A DNA stretch of 64,000 bases from the human T2T-CHM13v2.0 reference genome, Homo sapiens: NCBI RefSeq assembly GCF_009914755.1, contig NC_060939.1; one strand, 5' to 3'. Shown here piece by piece: positions 12,813 through 25,700 of the stretch. Every line of letters begins with the position of its first letter. Within the stretch, counting starts at the first letter, position 1. The position numbers and the translations under genes were made by a program. A model generated the notes under the pieces. The model was not told the origin of the DNA. It did no database searches and worked only from the letters and a program-made list of their open reading frames with translations.

Positions 12813-14455
12813 AGCCACTTCCAAAGATGTTGACTAATTTGCAATTCACAGGATGAGCATTCAGTCCTAATCAGGGTTCAGAGGACATTACTAACTGGGT
12901 TTTCTTTATCCACAACCCATGTAATAATCAAACTAACCCATATTTGTGCACAACCTATGTTTGGTTTATGCACAACCCAGGTAATAGTCAAACGCCATTT
13001 AGCAACTACTGTATCTGACCTCCTTGCTTCTTGGGCCTCCCAATGAAATTGGAAAGAATCTGAGATCAGTGATATCCTGTTCCAATTAAATTATATTGAA
13101 AGGGTTTTCCAGAACGCACTCTCTGTAACCATCAGTTCAGTCTCTCCACTGCCTTCTTTTTAAATTGTTTTAGCCAAAGTATCCTGTAGCTATGCAGTAA
13201 AAAACTGCCCAGGCTTTAGGGTCCTTAAAAATATATTTCCATGTCAACTCTTTACCCTCTCTTTCCCCTACCCCACATAAAAAATACCTCCCAAATTCCT
13301 AATTCTCCTGGCCAGAGGAATAAGGAATTGCATAACAATTTGCAATATATCTTTCCAAGTGCCCTTTTCGGGGTCTTTGACATTTTGTGGAGTGACTATC
13401 TAAGAGCAAAGTCGAGTCTCTGAAACTGTTTTCTGCTATAGAGTGACAGGTAATTTAAGATTTTAAAAAACTTTTGCCCTAGATAATACTTCAAAATCCA
13501 GCCTCATAGAAAGACAGGCTTTCTCCCCTTTAAATCTGTTCTGGGGCCTCAGTTCCTTGTTTTCCAGCCTACATATGCTATCATATATAATGTCTGCAGA
13601 AACATATTGATTTAAAGATCAAGTCAGCAATGGCATTGGGCTTTTTGCAAGTCACCTTGGTTTAACTACTGAAAACCTGTGTAATTGCCACTGAGACTTG
13701 AGTCACTGGAACTTTAATTCATTTGTGCTCTCACATGGTGGAACTTAACTGCTCACTCTAGGCTTCCACTCCTCCTAAGTACCTTTGGAAGGGAATGACA
13801 AACCAAGCAAACAGCCTATTTGTGGGTGTAAGGGGCAACTCCAGTAAAATCTTAGCCACAGAATAACATTCTGGATATTATCCATCTGTGAGACTGGTTG
13901 TTTGCCACAGCTGTCTTGGGAATCAGACCTCCTATGACAGTCATGAATTTTAAAAAGTATCCATTGACTTCTGACCTGTTGGTTTTGAGAAGGTGAGTAA
14001 GCAAACAGTAGGATGGTGACTCGAAGTTAAATACATTTCAAGGAAACCCTCAAGGAGAGGTCAGAGCAGTGAAACTCGAAGGCAAAGCAATGGCTTCTCC
14101 AGGAAGAACTATCATTTTCCCAGCGGGGCATATAGATTCTCCATACCTTTCTATGAAAACCATGCAGATTACATACATAATATTTGTGTGTAAATTGCCT
14201 TGAATTTAAAGGGCACTTTTCCACAAAAGTCTAAAGCATTTTCTTGTTCAGAGAAGTAGTTTTTCTTTGCTCATCTTCCAGATGGATATACCAAGGCACT
14301 GAAAAATTGTGTGTAGAATAACGCTACAACTAATTTTCTGGGCTTTCCATTGAACCCTTTCTTGATCAACTGTACTTTGTATGCATACACATGCATAACT
14401 ATGTGCATAAGATGTCAACATTATTCAAGGCAGTGTGGTAATGAGCTCCTTAAAG

Positions 14456-14752
14456 TTTTTTTTTTGAGACGAAGTGTCGCTCTGTCGCCCAGGCTGGAGT
14501 GCAGTGGCGCGATCTTGGCTTACTGCAAGCTCTGCCTCCTGGATTCACGCCATTCTCCTGCTTCAGCCTCCTGAGTAGCTGGGACTACAGGCGCCCACCA
14601 CCACGCCCTGCTAATTTTTTGTATTTTACGGGGTTTCATCGTGTTAGGCAGGATGGTCTCGATCTCCTGACCTCGTGATCTGCCCACCTTGGCCTCCCAA
14701 AGTGCTGGGATTACAGGCGTGAGCCACCGCGCCTGGCCCACCATGCCCAGCC
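14456..14752 (-). mobile_element. AluY-like SINE with a duplicated 5' terminus and a linker deletion
   Basis: Y-diagnostic gccattctcctg and gtgttag..aggatggtctcgatctc; TSD taaagtttt at 14451-14459 and 14753-14761. Confidence 0.93.
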
Positions 14753-17239
14753 TAAAGTTTTCATATGTATGTATACATTTCCTGTCTAGACAGTTAAGTG
14801 AGTTATCTCTGCCAGTTCATCAGCAAGAAACAATATAGAAAATAATTTCCCTTTCCTACTATTTGCATTGAAAACTAAAAGTGTAAAAAGAAAAAAGAAA
14901 TACTAGTCAAGCTTTTCACACTTCTATAGTTTTTTCATAACTGAAACCCAATCCATAACTTTATAGTTCACTATTTGGTTTAGACCTATTTCAATCTATT
15001 AGAATTCTTCTATGGTGTACTAAGATAGTCAAAGATATTCACTACTCTTAATAGCAACATTTATGAAAGACTAAAGAGATAAAAGTGTTATGAGTGGTCA
15101 TATGCTACAAAGTAGTCAAAGCATATCATTTATCAAACCATTTCTTTGTCTCCACAGTAGGTGTCTACAAAACAAACTAGGAACAATCCTCTTGTTGGCT
15201 AGTTAACTAATTAATATTAATTAATATTAACAAGGAAAGTTTCAGTAAAATATATGCCATCTTATATGATTTAGTCAGGTGAACAGATCTGAAGGATATA
15301 CAGAGATTTTCTGCATCAGGAAGGAGGATATGTTCAACCTACAAACATTTGGCCTCAGATCTTTTATGGGAGAAAAACAAAGCCAAAAAGCCCCCAAAAT
15401 GATCATGAATATTCTCAAATAAAATTCCAAAATGGCAGAGCCAATTTTCACAAGTTCCTTTGCTTGCTAAAAAAGCACAAAGTACAAGCAGACAAGCAAA
15501 TGTTTCAGAATTTGTGTTTTCCATAAATACAGAAATCTTGTAATTATCTCAAGAACCATACATTATTTATTTAGTTCCATGCCTTAATGAAGGAAGACTC
15601 AATGTTTATCATATTAAAATGGGAAGTTGAGGGGTAAGGTGGGGAGGAGAAAAAGCATGGTTCTTTTCCTAATGAATCTGGCCTTATGTTTCTTCAATTT
15701 TTTATCAGCAATTTTATGCTCTGCAGGTAGTAAACATAAATGGTGACAGCCAAACATGCATTTTGCATCATAACAAACCCATTGGATCTGCAAACAGTTG
15801 TTTAAGGTGCTTCTTTCCATCAGGAAAAACAATAGCATTTATTAGCAGTGTTTCACTCCACTCACATGATTTGTGTGTTCTTCACTCTCAAAGTGTCAGC
15901 TGTCAAATGAAATGATGGGGACTGACAGTTCAGAATTTTAAAAGTTCAGCTCCTTTCAAATGCATTAAATGAACAAGAGCTGCCTAATTTGGGCTGAAGA
16001 AAAAGCAACAAAAATCCCCTGTAAGTATGCAAGGTTTTATTCTACTTTTGCATGCTTAGTATGCATAGAGAATGTTAAATACTTTTCAGCTGGATACACT
16101 GTTAATTCTATGAGTGAGAAAGATTTCATTAGGTGAGCTTCAGGCAAGACTAGGCTACAAATGGAATTCCCTTTTATTTTCTGAAATTCACAGTATATGA
16201 CCCATATCCAGTGATAAATGGTCTATAAATTCTCTTGCTGTATTTAATTGCATAAACTTCCATTATATTCTACTATTAACATGGGAACACTTTGACACAA
16301 GATGTCAGAAAAGGGAAAACGAATAAAAAAAAAAACCCTTTACTCTTAAAATCAAAATAATCTTCATGTCCCACAGAATCATGTTCAACATACAAGTTCC
16401 AAGCACACAATTTTAAATATTTTTTCAGCCAATTAGTTACTTTTAATTTTGGTAGTACAAAAATCTATTAATCACTATTTAATTATCTGGAGCTCTTGCC
16501 TGCCTAATTAGTGCTTTCCGTATTGCATCTTCAACTAAACTGGGGACCCTATCAACTCATTTATCTGATACGTATTTGGTGCACTGGTGAGTTAATTAAT
16601 GAAAAAAGAAAAAAAATCTCATTTAGATGGTTCATTCAAAAAAAAAAAAAGCTTATTAAACACTTTGAACATTAAATAAGCCGACTGATTATATTGGGTT
16701 TTCATTGCCCTAAAAAGCATTATATAAATGCAAAATCCCATGTGACATTTCTTGGTAAATATACATTGTAGAAGGAATCAGAAGAAGCAGTGATCAGTTG
16801 AGTAACAATCCCTCTTAAGTATACCGCCCGAGGCAGTGGGCTTTTGAAATCTTTTGTACAAAAATGAGGACAATAATTAGATACAAGATTTTATTTGGAA
16901 TTTTTTCGTGTTAGGAACGCTAAACATAATTATAAATGAAATTACATTGTTATATTCTAGGTAATGTAGTGTAAAATGGTCTATACTATAACTATGCTTA
17001 TAATACTGAGGAAAACAAAGAGAAATTTCCTGAATCCAACCCATCCCTTTACGACATCTCCATGTTGCTCTTCCTTGCCAACAGGCTATGCACTTGTCCT
17101 CAGGCATCTAGCTAAGATAATGACACCCCCAGCGAGGCTTTCATAAGCATCCTCAGTCTAGGTTAGGGTCCCCTCCTAGATGTTCTCACAGTACCTAGAC
17201 ATAAACCTTTGTCTTTATATTCACTATGAAGCAGTGGGT

Positions 17240-17385
17240 GGTGGAGCACCATGGTAAAGAACATGGCTTTGGCCTCAGAAAAAGCTAGGTACAAATCTAG
17301 TGTCAGCCACCAACCAGATTGTTAGAATAAAGGAAATGATCTAAGTAAAGCATCTAGTGTGGTCTCTGACACATAGTAAATGTAT
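17240..17385 (+). mobile_element. MIR fragments (internally deleted)
   Basis: ggtaaagaacatggctttggcctcaga...ggtacaaatc, then gtaaagcatctagtgtggtctctgacacatagtaaatg. Confidence 0.55.
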
Positions 17386-20300
17386 CATAGTAACTAGTCT
17401 TTAAAAAATTTTTTTAAAGATCTCCGCTGTACTGTTTGCTCAGGACAGTAGAGAGTGATGTGTCTCCTACTAGATCCTGAGCTTTCTGCATGATCTAGCT
17501 CTATATCTCCAGGGCCTAGCACAGTGTCTGATGGACAGTGAGCACCCATATATGCATGTGTAATAGATGGATAGAACAATGAATCTGCAGCAAAGGAGTC
17601 TAAGCAATTTAAGAATAAAATAAGCAATCTGAAGCCAAAATGCCCCTCCTTCTTACATAGCACAGTGACAACTCCGAGGCACAAATGTTTAAATGCTTAG
17701 AACATAGTTCACTTTCAAAAACATATTAGCTATTTAGCTGTTATTAATCCCTGCATTGTTTTCTCTGAATCTTCAGTAGATTGTCAGATAGACACAGGTA
17801 TCTGATTCCTCATCAAGAAATCCCCCGTAGGAAATCAAAAGTTGTCATAGCATGAAAATATTCACTGGTGAACTGAGCAATTGTAAAATTAGTAGCAACC
17901 CAAACTCCCCTCTGCAATTAATATAGTGCCTACCTTAATCCACAAAATCAACATCTTGATCAGTTATAATCCTGCTAACAATCTGATAGTTACAACTTCC
18001 CATGTAAATAGAAAAAAAACCTAAAAAGTTAAATTGAAAATCTTTTCAAAATGCAGGACTTCATACAATTTATTCAAGTGATATTAGAGACTTGCTCAAG
18101 TCACAGGCAAAGATTTTGTGGCTCCATCAAGGTCAGAAAATTGAAAATAGGGAAAATGAAAAAGATAATGAGATTCAAAAGGGAATAAGCTAAAAACCAA
18201 ATAATTAGGAAAACTCATTTGAAAATTTAAAAAGCCATGGAATATCTTTGCACAATTGATTCTTTTTATGAGCATGATCTTCAAGTCAAGTACCCAGTGG
18301 AGAATTTAATACCCTAAAATTATGCTGGGAAGATAATTGAAAAAAATTAAGATTTGGCTAATTTTTCATTTGTTCTAAGGACTAGAGAATCGTTTTCATT
18401 GTTAAGCATTTTTTTTAATTTTTTTCATTATGTTCTATTTTATTTTTAGATAAAGCTCAACCAAAGCTTTCCATTTTCCACTATTGTCCACAAAAGGTTG
18501 GCTTCAATTTTGAATAGATTCACTCTAAGTGGCCTTTTCTGGTACCAGTCACACACTGATTTGAGAGAGAGGATTGTTCTTTGAAGTGGACACCACCAGC
18601 ACTCCTCCTGCCACATTCCACTGTCCTCTTATGGCTTCCAGAGGACCCTAAGAAGCTAATGAGCCATCTTCTATTCCAGTTCATGGGCAATGCATGTTTT
18701 AAGGAGAAAAGCAGGGGGAGTTGTGCACAGAGATGTTAGCGAGGCAACTCTCTTCTCAAGAAGAGTTCCTCGGCATATTACAGTCCCCCTTTCTGGGAGC
18801 CCTTTCTTTCCAGAGAAACAAGATGATGGAAAGATATGAAACCTTCTGCACTGAGTATTTAATACACAGTGACTCCATAACTAAATCACATTCAGGGCCA
18901 GATACTGCAATGCTCCAAAGAGTCAACAAGAACCATGTCTTTCTGGACATAATATGTAGACTATTCCAGAATGCTTTAAATCCTCTCCCTTCTTTTTTTC
19001 TCTCCTTACATAACCATTGGTTGGAAAAGAAAAGAGAAAATTTATAAAACATTTTTAATTCATATTTCTCTCTTACGTTGAAATTACAAAATCACAAAAA
19101 GGAGAAATGCATAATACCAAACAGTTTATATTTTATTATAACATATTCAAGTTCAATATTCTTTGAAATGATTCTATGGTCTGTATTTTTTATCCAACGA
19201 TATTTACTTTGTATCATTGGTAATTATGTACTACACATCCTGTGTTTTTCAACTGTGACAAGGTAAGTACTTTTGTTTCTATTTTAGTGATGCCTTTAAA
19301 GAAAAATTCAAATACATTCATCAGAATACCAAAGGTAATTTTTTTTCTCAAGCTCCCTGTCAAGATAGTTCAGCTCTAATTCAGGCAAATTCCTGACAGA
19401 TATCAGAGTTCTATTTACTGATTATCTATTCTTCCCATTGGGATCATAAGATTTTAAGTGAAAAAATCTAAAAGATTTATTGCTAATGGCATTCTACAAA
19501 TGTTATCTTTGTTCAGAGTAAAAGTAATATATGATCCTGGCTTTGTAGAGCATCTTTAATGTTCCTTTTTTGAATATGTATAACTCATTTAGAGACCAAG
19601 AATAGACAGTAACTCATCATTTTTCCTACCTGCCTTAAAATATCTGCATTTTGTCTGTTTGAAAATAATACAAACTTGTGATTTAATTGATGTCATAACT
19701 TCGATTCATCACCACATTCATTATAAACAAAGAGGCTCTGGATAATGAACAAAATGCTTATTGTTCACCAGAAGAAAGGGCATAACATGTTATATTTACA
19801 TTTATGTCGTGTCTTATTACTAAGTCTGTATAAACCATCTCCCTTCATTATTTCTGAATGGGAGACTGATGATAAGTGCTGTTTTCAAGATTTTTTTAAT
19901 CCTTTTTATTTGTCTAGCTAATTTGTGTGCTGAAGCATTGCAAAGCTAACTCTATGTTTTGCTCGTTAAGTTATTAGGGATTTGTAACTCCCGAAAATCA
20001 AGAATGAGTTCCTAAGTGTAACATTTGCATGGGTCGACAGCTTCAGGGGAGAGAGGTCAGCTGCCCCAGTGAAGGAAGAAGAAATCTGTCTGTACGATCC
20101 TAATTTGCTTTGAATAATAGACATTGGGCTTGGAATTGGAATGATTTGTTGTTAGGTTAAGCAACAGGGAAGCTTATGGCTTATTTTTACTCCTGATACA
20201 AGTGAAGCAATGGTTGAGTAATGAGACAGCCATAGATAATCATAATGATACTAGGCAATGAATTGTGTGTGCCTGGGCGATAGCGCAGGTTTATCAGACT

Positions 20301-22487
20301 ATGATGGCCAATAAGCTATTACAAACTATAAATATTCAGATTAGTCAAATCTTTGTTACATCTTTCAATAGCTACTGGCATGTTTTTCCCCTCCCACTTT
20401 ATAATTTTGGTGATTCTGACTCCAAGCCTTATCTAACAATTGAAGGAAGTTTAAATTCAAAGAAATGTATTGCATTGTAATAGAAAAATAAAAACGTGCC
20501 CAGTGACACCTAACAGTCATGTAATTAAAGCACAGACATTAACACTGGGTTTTTTGTTTCTGAGACACCTAGAAATGGATTCCTTATCTGGTACAAGTCT
20601 CTCCAATTTCCCCCCTTCCTCTTCCCCATCCCTCCCCACTCATTCCAGTGAACTTAGCTCACCCAAGATTTCTCATTTGCTGTGCTCTGTTCCTTGTTTA
20701 AACTAAAGAGAATACAGGATCAGTCTCCTTTTTTCCTCTACTATAAAGTCTCTTCAGAATCTAATTCAATGAGATTGTATTTGTTACAATGAACGCAGAT
20801 TGTTCAATGGAACAGATTTAAGAAATGCTGAAAAGAGTTCAGGGGTTTGTAGGGTGGGGGCTAGCCTTATAGTGGGGGGAGTGCAGTTTTGTACATCACC
20901 CCATGTTTGTTAAGGTCTAAAAGCACTGAAAAGGATTTGTTCTGTTTATGTAAAGGGCCTCCGTGCTCTGGGTCTCTAAGATGTCATGCCAAGCTTTTTA
21001 CCACATGAGCTTTCTCTTGATCTTGGGCTTGACATGACCAAAATGCAAGAGCTCAGGCTCTCAGGGACTGACCCACATTGTTGCTGCACTTCAGCCTCTA
21101 GGAGTGCGCTACCCAAACAATCAGCTTTCTGTAATTAACACATTATTATATTAATATGTGAACTTGGAAAATTGTTTCTACATATGGTATTATTTCAAAT
21201 AACCATTTTGTTGACTGAATATTTTCACTTATTAAACCAATAATTATTAAAAGATCTGAGATTGCCCAGGAGAATGAAGATCCTTCATCACATAATGTAA
21301 GCTAAGCAGTCAGTTATTAGAGTCATTTACAATATTAATAGCCCTGAGCAGAAGTACAAACCATAGGTCTGTATACTCTGCTGCCGAATTTGCCAGTTAC
21401 AAACTGGGGTTCTATTGCTTGACTCCATCTTTGCCATATGTTCTGTTATTGGAAATTCCATAAAATTTTATTTTGCTATCTTTTATGAAGCATAGACCAA
21501 AGAGCTTAAAGATATTTCATCAACCTAGAAAAAAATGCAATACTGTGAGAATACGTAGACACATGTATGTGTGTGCAGGTGAACAGGCTAATTTCAATGG
21601 GATACAACCAAGAATTTGTTTCCTTTTTCTCTACCACTATTTTAAGAAATTCTCTGTTAGACCTGCTTTCTGCTCTCTTGGAAAATACCTCAGGAAGTTT
21701 CCCTATAGCTTTTATATTGTCACTTTTGGGTATTAGAACAGTATTATTTTCAGATGTGAAAATATCCAATCCAATTTAAATCAAAACAAACCATTTCAAA
21801 GCACCTTTCCCTACCCCAGCATAAGCAACTGGCTTGCAACTAGAGAACCACAAATGGGTAAATGATTGCAGGGAGTGCTGTTTGTATCTGCTCTCTGCTT
21901 GCTACTTCTCCTCTTCTGTTTCTGGATCCTCCAAGGTTGGGGGCTGGTGGAGTACCCTGAGGAGGGTAGACAGAAAGGACAAAGTTTTTCTTGATTGGTG
22001 CTCATGTAAAAGTAAACTCTTTATCTCATGGACTGCTTTGAGGGATCTTTGGAGAGCTCCAGACTGGGACCTGTGCACTGTCCCCCACACTGCCTAAGTG
22101 ACACATGCTCTGGCTAACTACTTTTGATTCTGCTCTAGCTTTTAAATTGGGGCTACATCCCTAGGGACTCCTGCCCCCATCAGGCATCACTCATGGGCAG
22201 GGCCTCTTCTAAAAGACTCTAGCCATCAAAAGTCAGATATCCACGTGGCCCCTAGGAAAGCTCATCACCAATGCCCCTCAAACTCTAAGAGTATACAAGC
22301 CGCTTTCACTGTGGCTGTCTCCTCAGGCTCTGCTTCCAATTCAGTGGCAGTCCTGGACCTGGGAGGTTCAGAAGGTCATAATATCCTAATTAGGGAATGA
22401 TATGTCAGTCTTCTTTTCTCATGTCCATGCATTACAGCTATTTTACATGGCTGTGGGAAGCCAGGAACACCACCAGCTTTCTTTTAC

Positions 22488-23075
22488 GACAAAGTGACAA
22501 ATAACCCAATTTAAAAACTGGGCAAGAGATCTGAACAGACAGTTCTCCAAAGAAGACATACAAATGAATAATAAGTACATGAAAAGATTTATGACATCAG
22601 CAGCCATCTTGAAAATGCAAATCAAAACCACAATGAGATACCACTTTGCATTCAACAGAAGGGGTATCATCAATAGGACAAATAATAGCAAATGTTGACC
22701 AGGGTGTAGAACATGGGAATCTTCATACATTGATGGTGGGAGTGTAAAGTAATGCAGCCACTTTGGAAAACAGTCTGGGAGTTTCTCAAAAGGTTAAAGA
22801 TAGAGTTACCATGTGATCAAAAAATTCCATGCCTAGACAGGGACCCCAGAGAAATGAAAATATATGTACACACAAAAACATGTACACAAATGTTCATAGC
22901 AGCAAGGTGATGGCTAAGGGGTGAGGAGCTTCTTTTCAGGGGTAATGAAATTGTTCTGAAATTGATTGTTGTGATGGTTGCACAACTGTGAATATATTAA
23001 AAGCCATTGAACCATGCACTATACATGGGTGAATTGTATAGTGTATAAATTGTATCTCAATCATGCTGTTAAAAA
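22488..23075 (+). mobile_element. Old L1 (L1MB-like) 3' fragment with internal deletion near 22905
   Basis: aacccaatttaaaaactgggcaagagatctgaacagaca...atgcaaatcaaaaccacaatgagatacc (ORF2 3' end) joined to the terminal gtgatggttgcacaactgtgaatatattaaaagccattgaa...tatctcaat. Confidence 0.88.
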
Positions 23076-24330
23076 TCATGTTCTCACTCTCTTCCTTTGA
23101 AAATTTGTAGAATTATTTTCTACAGACTAGAAGAGAAAAGCTAGTCTTACGCAGATGTCTTGCACCTTTCCTTAGAATGTGCAGCACTTATCTCTGATTT
23201 CTTCAGCTTTTTGGTCCCCACCAAGACTGCAAGACAGAAAGAAAATCCCATTTAACAATCTGTTAAATTAACAAGAGTCTAAAACATTACTCAGAACATT
23301 TCATTTGTCTTTTCTTCATGCTCCAATTTCAGGGTAATGATTAAACATCCAAACTTTGCAGAATCGTACATATATTTCATAGGCTGCATTATCCTCCCAA
23401 GTGATTCAGTTTTCCATAACTCTCCTGGTTATGTATTTCAATTAAAAGAATAAGTATACTCTAATAATAAACTCAATAAAAATTTGGTAACCACCCAACT
23501 GACTATTCTATTAAGAATATCATTTGTTATTTCAGGAATGCCTGCATACTTATTCTTAAACAGTCCTGGGAGGTAAGTATTGTTAAATAATCATATTATA
23601 GATTTAACATTTTACAGATTATTTAAGGAAATTAATTTAAGATTTAGGAATTTAAGGAAAAAATTTAAGATTATTTACAGATTATTTAAGGAAACTGAAG
23701 GTCAGAATGGCTAAGAAATTTATGCAAAATAAATCAGTTAACTTGTGTCTGAAACAGCTTAAACAGCCTGTGTTCCGCACACGAAACTTCAGTGCATTTC
23801 GCCACCTTGGGATTACCTTCTATAAAGATTAATCCACATGCAAGTCAAAGTCAATGTTGCTTCAAAGAAAATTAAAGTGTGTTTTCTTTATAAATAAGAT
23901 TATTGAAACAAAAGTCATAATTGCTGTTTTTAAACAAATAATTTAAACTTCTACCTATTTCCTCATTTGTAAAATACAGTATTCTGCCTATAGTTTCAAG
24001 TCCACTTCAGTTCCAAGTAACCTGTGCCTACTGAGTTATTTGTTCTTTTAGAAGTGCTGCCTTCTTTTATCTTCCATCCTCCCATTCTGTTTTCTCCTGG
24101 ACTTTACTAAGGAAAATATGACCAAATCATGGTATTAAAGTGTGTCATGGACTATGCAACTGCAGAGTGAATTAAATTAAATTAATGTATATCAATTAAA
24201 TTAGCCCATCATTCACAAATATGAACGGATGATCAGGGAGCAACAAACATTTGGGGAAAGTCAATGGTGTAAAGGAGAAGGACGAAATTAACAAACAAAA
24301 TTCTGACCTTTGAAGAGATGGAAAACTCAC

Positions 24331-24631
24331 TTTTCTTTTTTCTTTTTGAGACAGGGTCTTGCTCTGTCACCCAGGCTAGAGTACAGCGGTATGATCAGGA
24401 CTCACTGCAATCTTAACCTCTAGGGCTCAAACAATCCTCCCACCTCAGCTTCCTTAGTAGCTGGGACTACAGGTGCTCACCACCACGCCTGGCTGTTTTT
24501 TTAAAAAATTTTGTACATACAGAGTCTTACTGTGTTGCCTAGCCTGGTCTTGATCCCCTGGGCTCAGGTGATCCTCCCACCTAGGCCTCCCAAAGTACTG
24601 GGATTACAGGCATGAGCCACCATGCCCAGCC
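24331..24631 (-). mobile_element. AluJ SINE
   Basis: gagacagggtct, J-type tcctcccacctc in both arms, ends gagccaccatgcccagcc. Confidence 0.92.
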
Positions 24632-24639
24632 CAAAAAAT

Positions 24640-25700
24640 ACTTTTTAAAATTTCTAATTAATTTTCTCAGAGAGACTAAAGAAGCTAAGATATGCATAAA
24701 ATTCAAATGGGCCACAATAAGAAAAGAGCAATAGAAGATATTGCATTATTGTAGACATTAAAAAGATTAAAAATATGAATGACAGACTAGAAACTTTAGC
24801 ATCACACTAAATAATACAAGAATGCCAATAAAACAAATTGGTAATCAAGAGTACAGAGTTGAGGGAATTTCCTAGACAAACAGCAAAAATAAAAAAGATA
24901 GAAAATATGAGTAAAATGTTAAGAGATGTAGACATCCAACATCTATCTAACAAGATCTAACAAGCAATTGAAAGGCAAAGAAGAGCAAAGCGGTGACTAA
25001 AATAACTTTTAAAAAGATAAGAATTTAAAAAACAAGAATTTTAAAAAGAAAGAATTTAAAAAAAAAAAAAAAGATTAAAAGGCCAGGCTCAGTGGAGTGG
25101 CTCACGCCTGTAATCCCAGCACTTTGAGAGGCCGAGGGGGGCAGATCACTTGAGGTCAGGACTTCAAGACTAGCTTGGCCAATACGGTGAAACCCCATCT
25201 CTACTAAAAATACAAAAATTAGCTGGACTTGGTGGCGGGTGCCTGTAGTCCCAGCTACTTGGGACTACAGGAGGCAGGAGAATCACTTGAATCCAGGAGG
25301 TAGAGGTTGCAGTGAGTCAAGATCGCACCACTGCACTCCAGCCTGGGCAACAAAGAGAGGGACCATCTAAAAAACAAAAACAAAAACAGAACAAAAAATC
25401 AAGATTAGCACAAAAGACAATAATTGAAATTACCTTTGAATGCTACAAAACAATGGAGCAATTCTTCCTCTAACAAACTGACAAGAAACCATTTGAACCT
25501 ATACTTTTCAAGTGTAAAAGCAAAAACGTTATCAATCAGACAAGACTCAGAAAACTTATCACTCAAGCCACTCTCATAAAAACCATTCATTAAGAAGGAT
25601 GTCCAAGAAAAATTAAAAGGAATACAAGCTAGATGATGACTTAAGATAAAAGGAAACACTATCAACTGAATATGAATGAGAGGAAGTGAAGAAAGTTCAA
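24640..25700 (+). mobile_element. Very old L1M/HAL1 ORF1-region remnant (hosts the Alu at 25081)
   Basis: Strongly A-biased; agatagaaaatatgag, tccaacatctatctaa, acaatggagcaat and aagactcagaaaacttatcac resemble ancient L1 ORF1 sequence. Confidence 0.45.
25081..25398 (+). mobile_element. AluS (Sx/Sz-like) SINE
   Basis: ggccagg start with 5-bp duplication agtgg, gatcacttgaggtcagg, (A5C)n tail; short TSD aagatta at 25071-25077 and 25401-25407. Confidence 0.92.

Noticed and set aside
12901-12993. CRISPR-like repeat-spacer pattern
   Set aside because: Only two imperfect copies plus a partial one, primate context and no cas genes; kept only as a local duplication
1289-19268. Perfect donor-like AAG|GTRAGT strings at about 1291, 13992 and 19262
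   Set aside because: A few such 8-mers are expected by chance in 64 kb, and I could not pair them with convincing acceptors
22040-22480. GC-richer block as an exon or LTR
   Set aside because: No confident family match, splice pair or coding signal by eye; needs RepeatMasker
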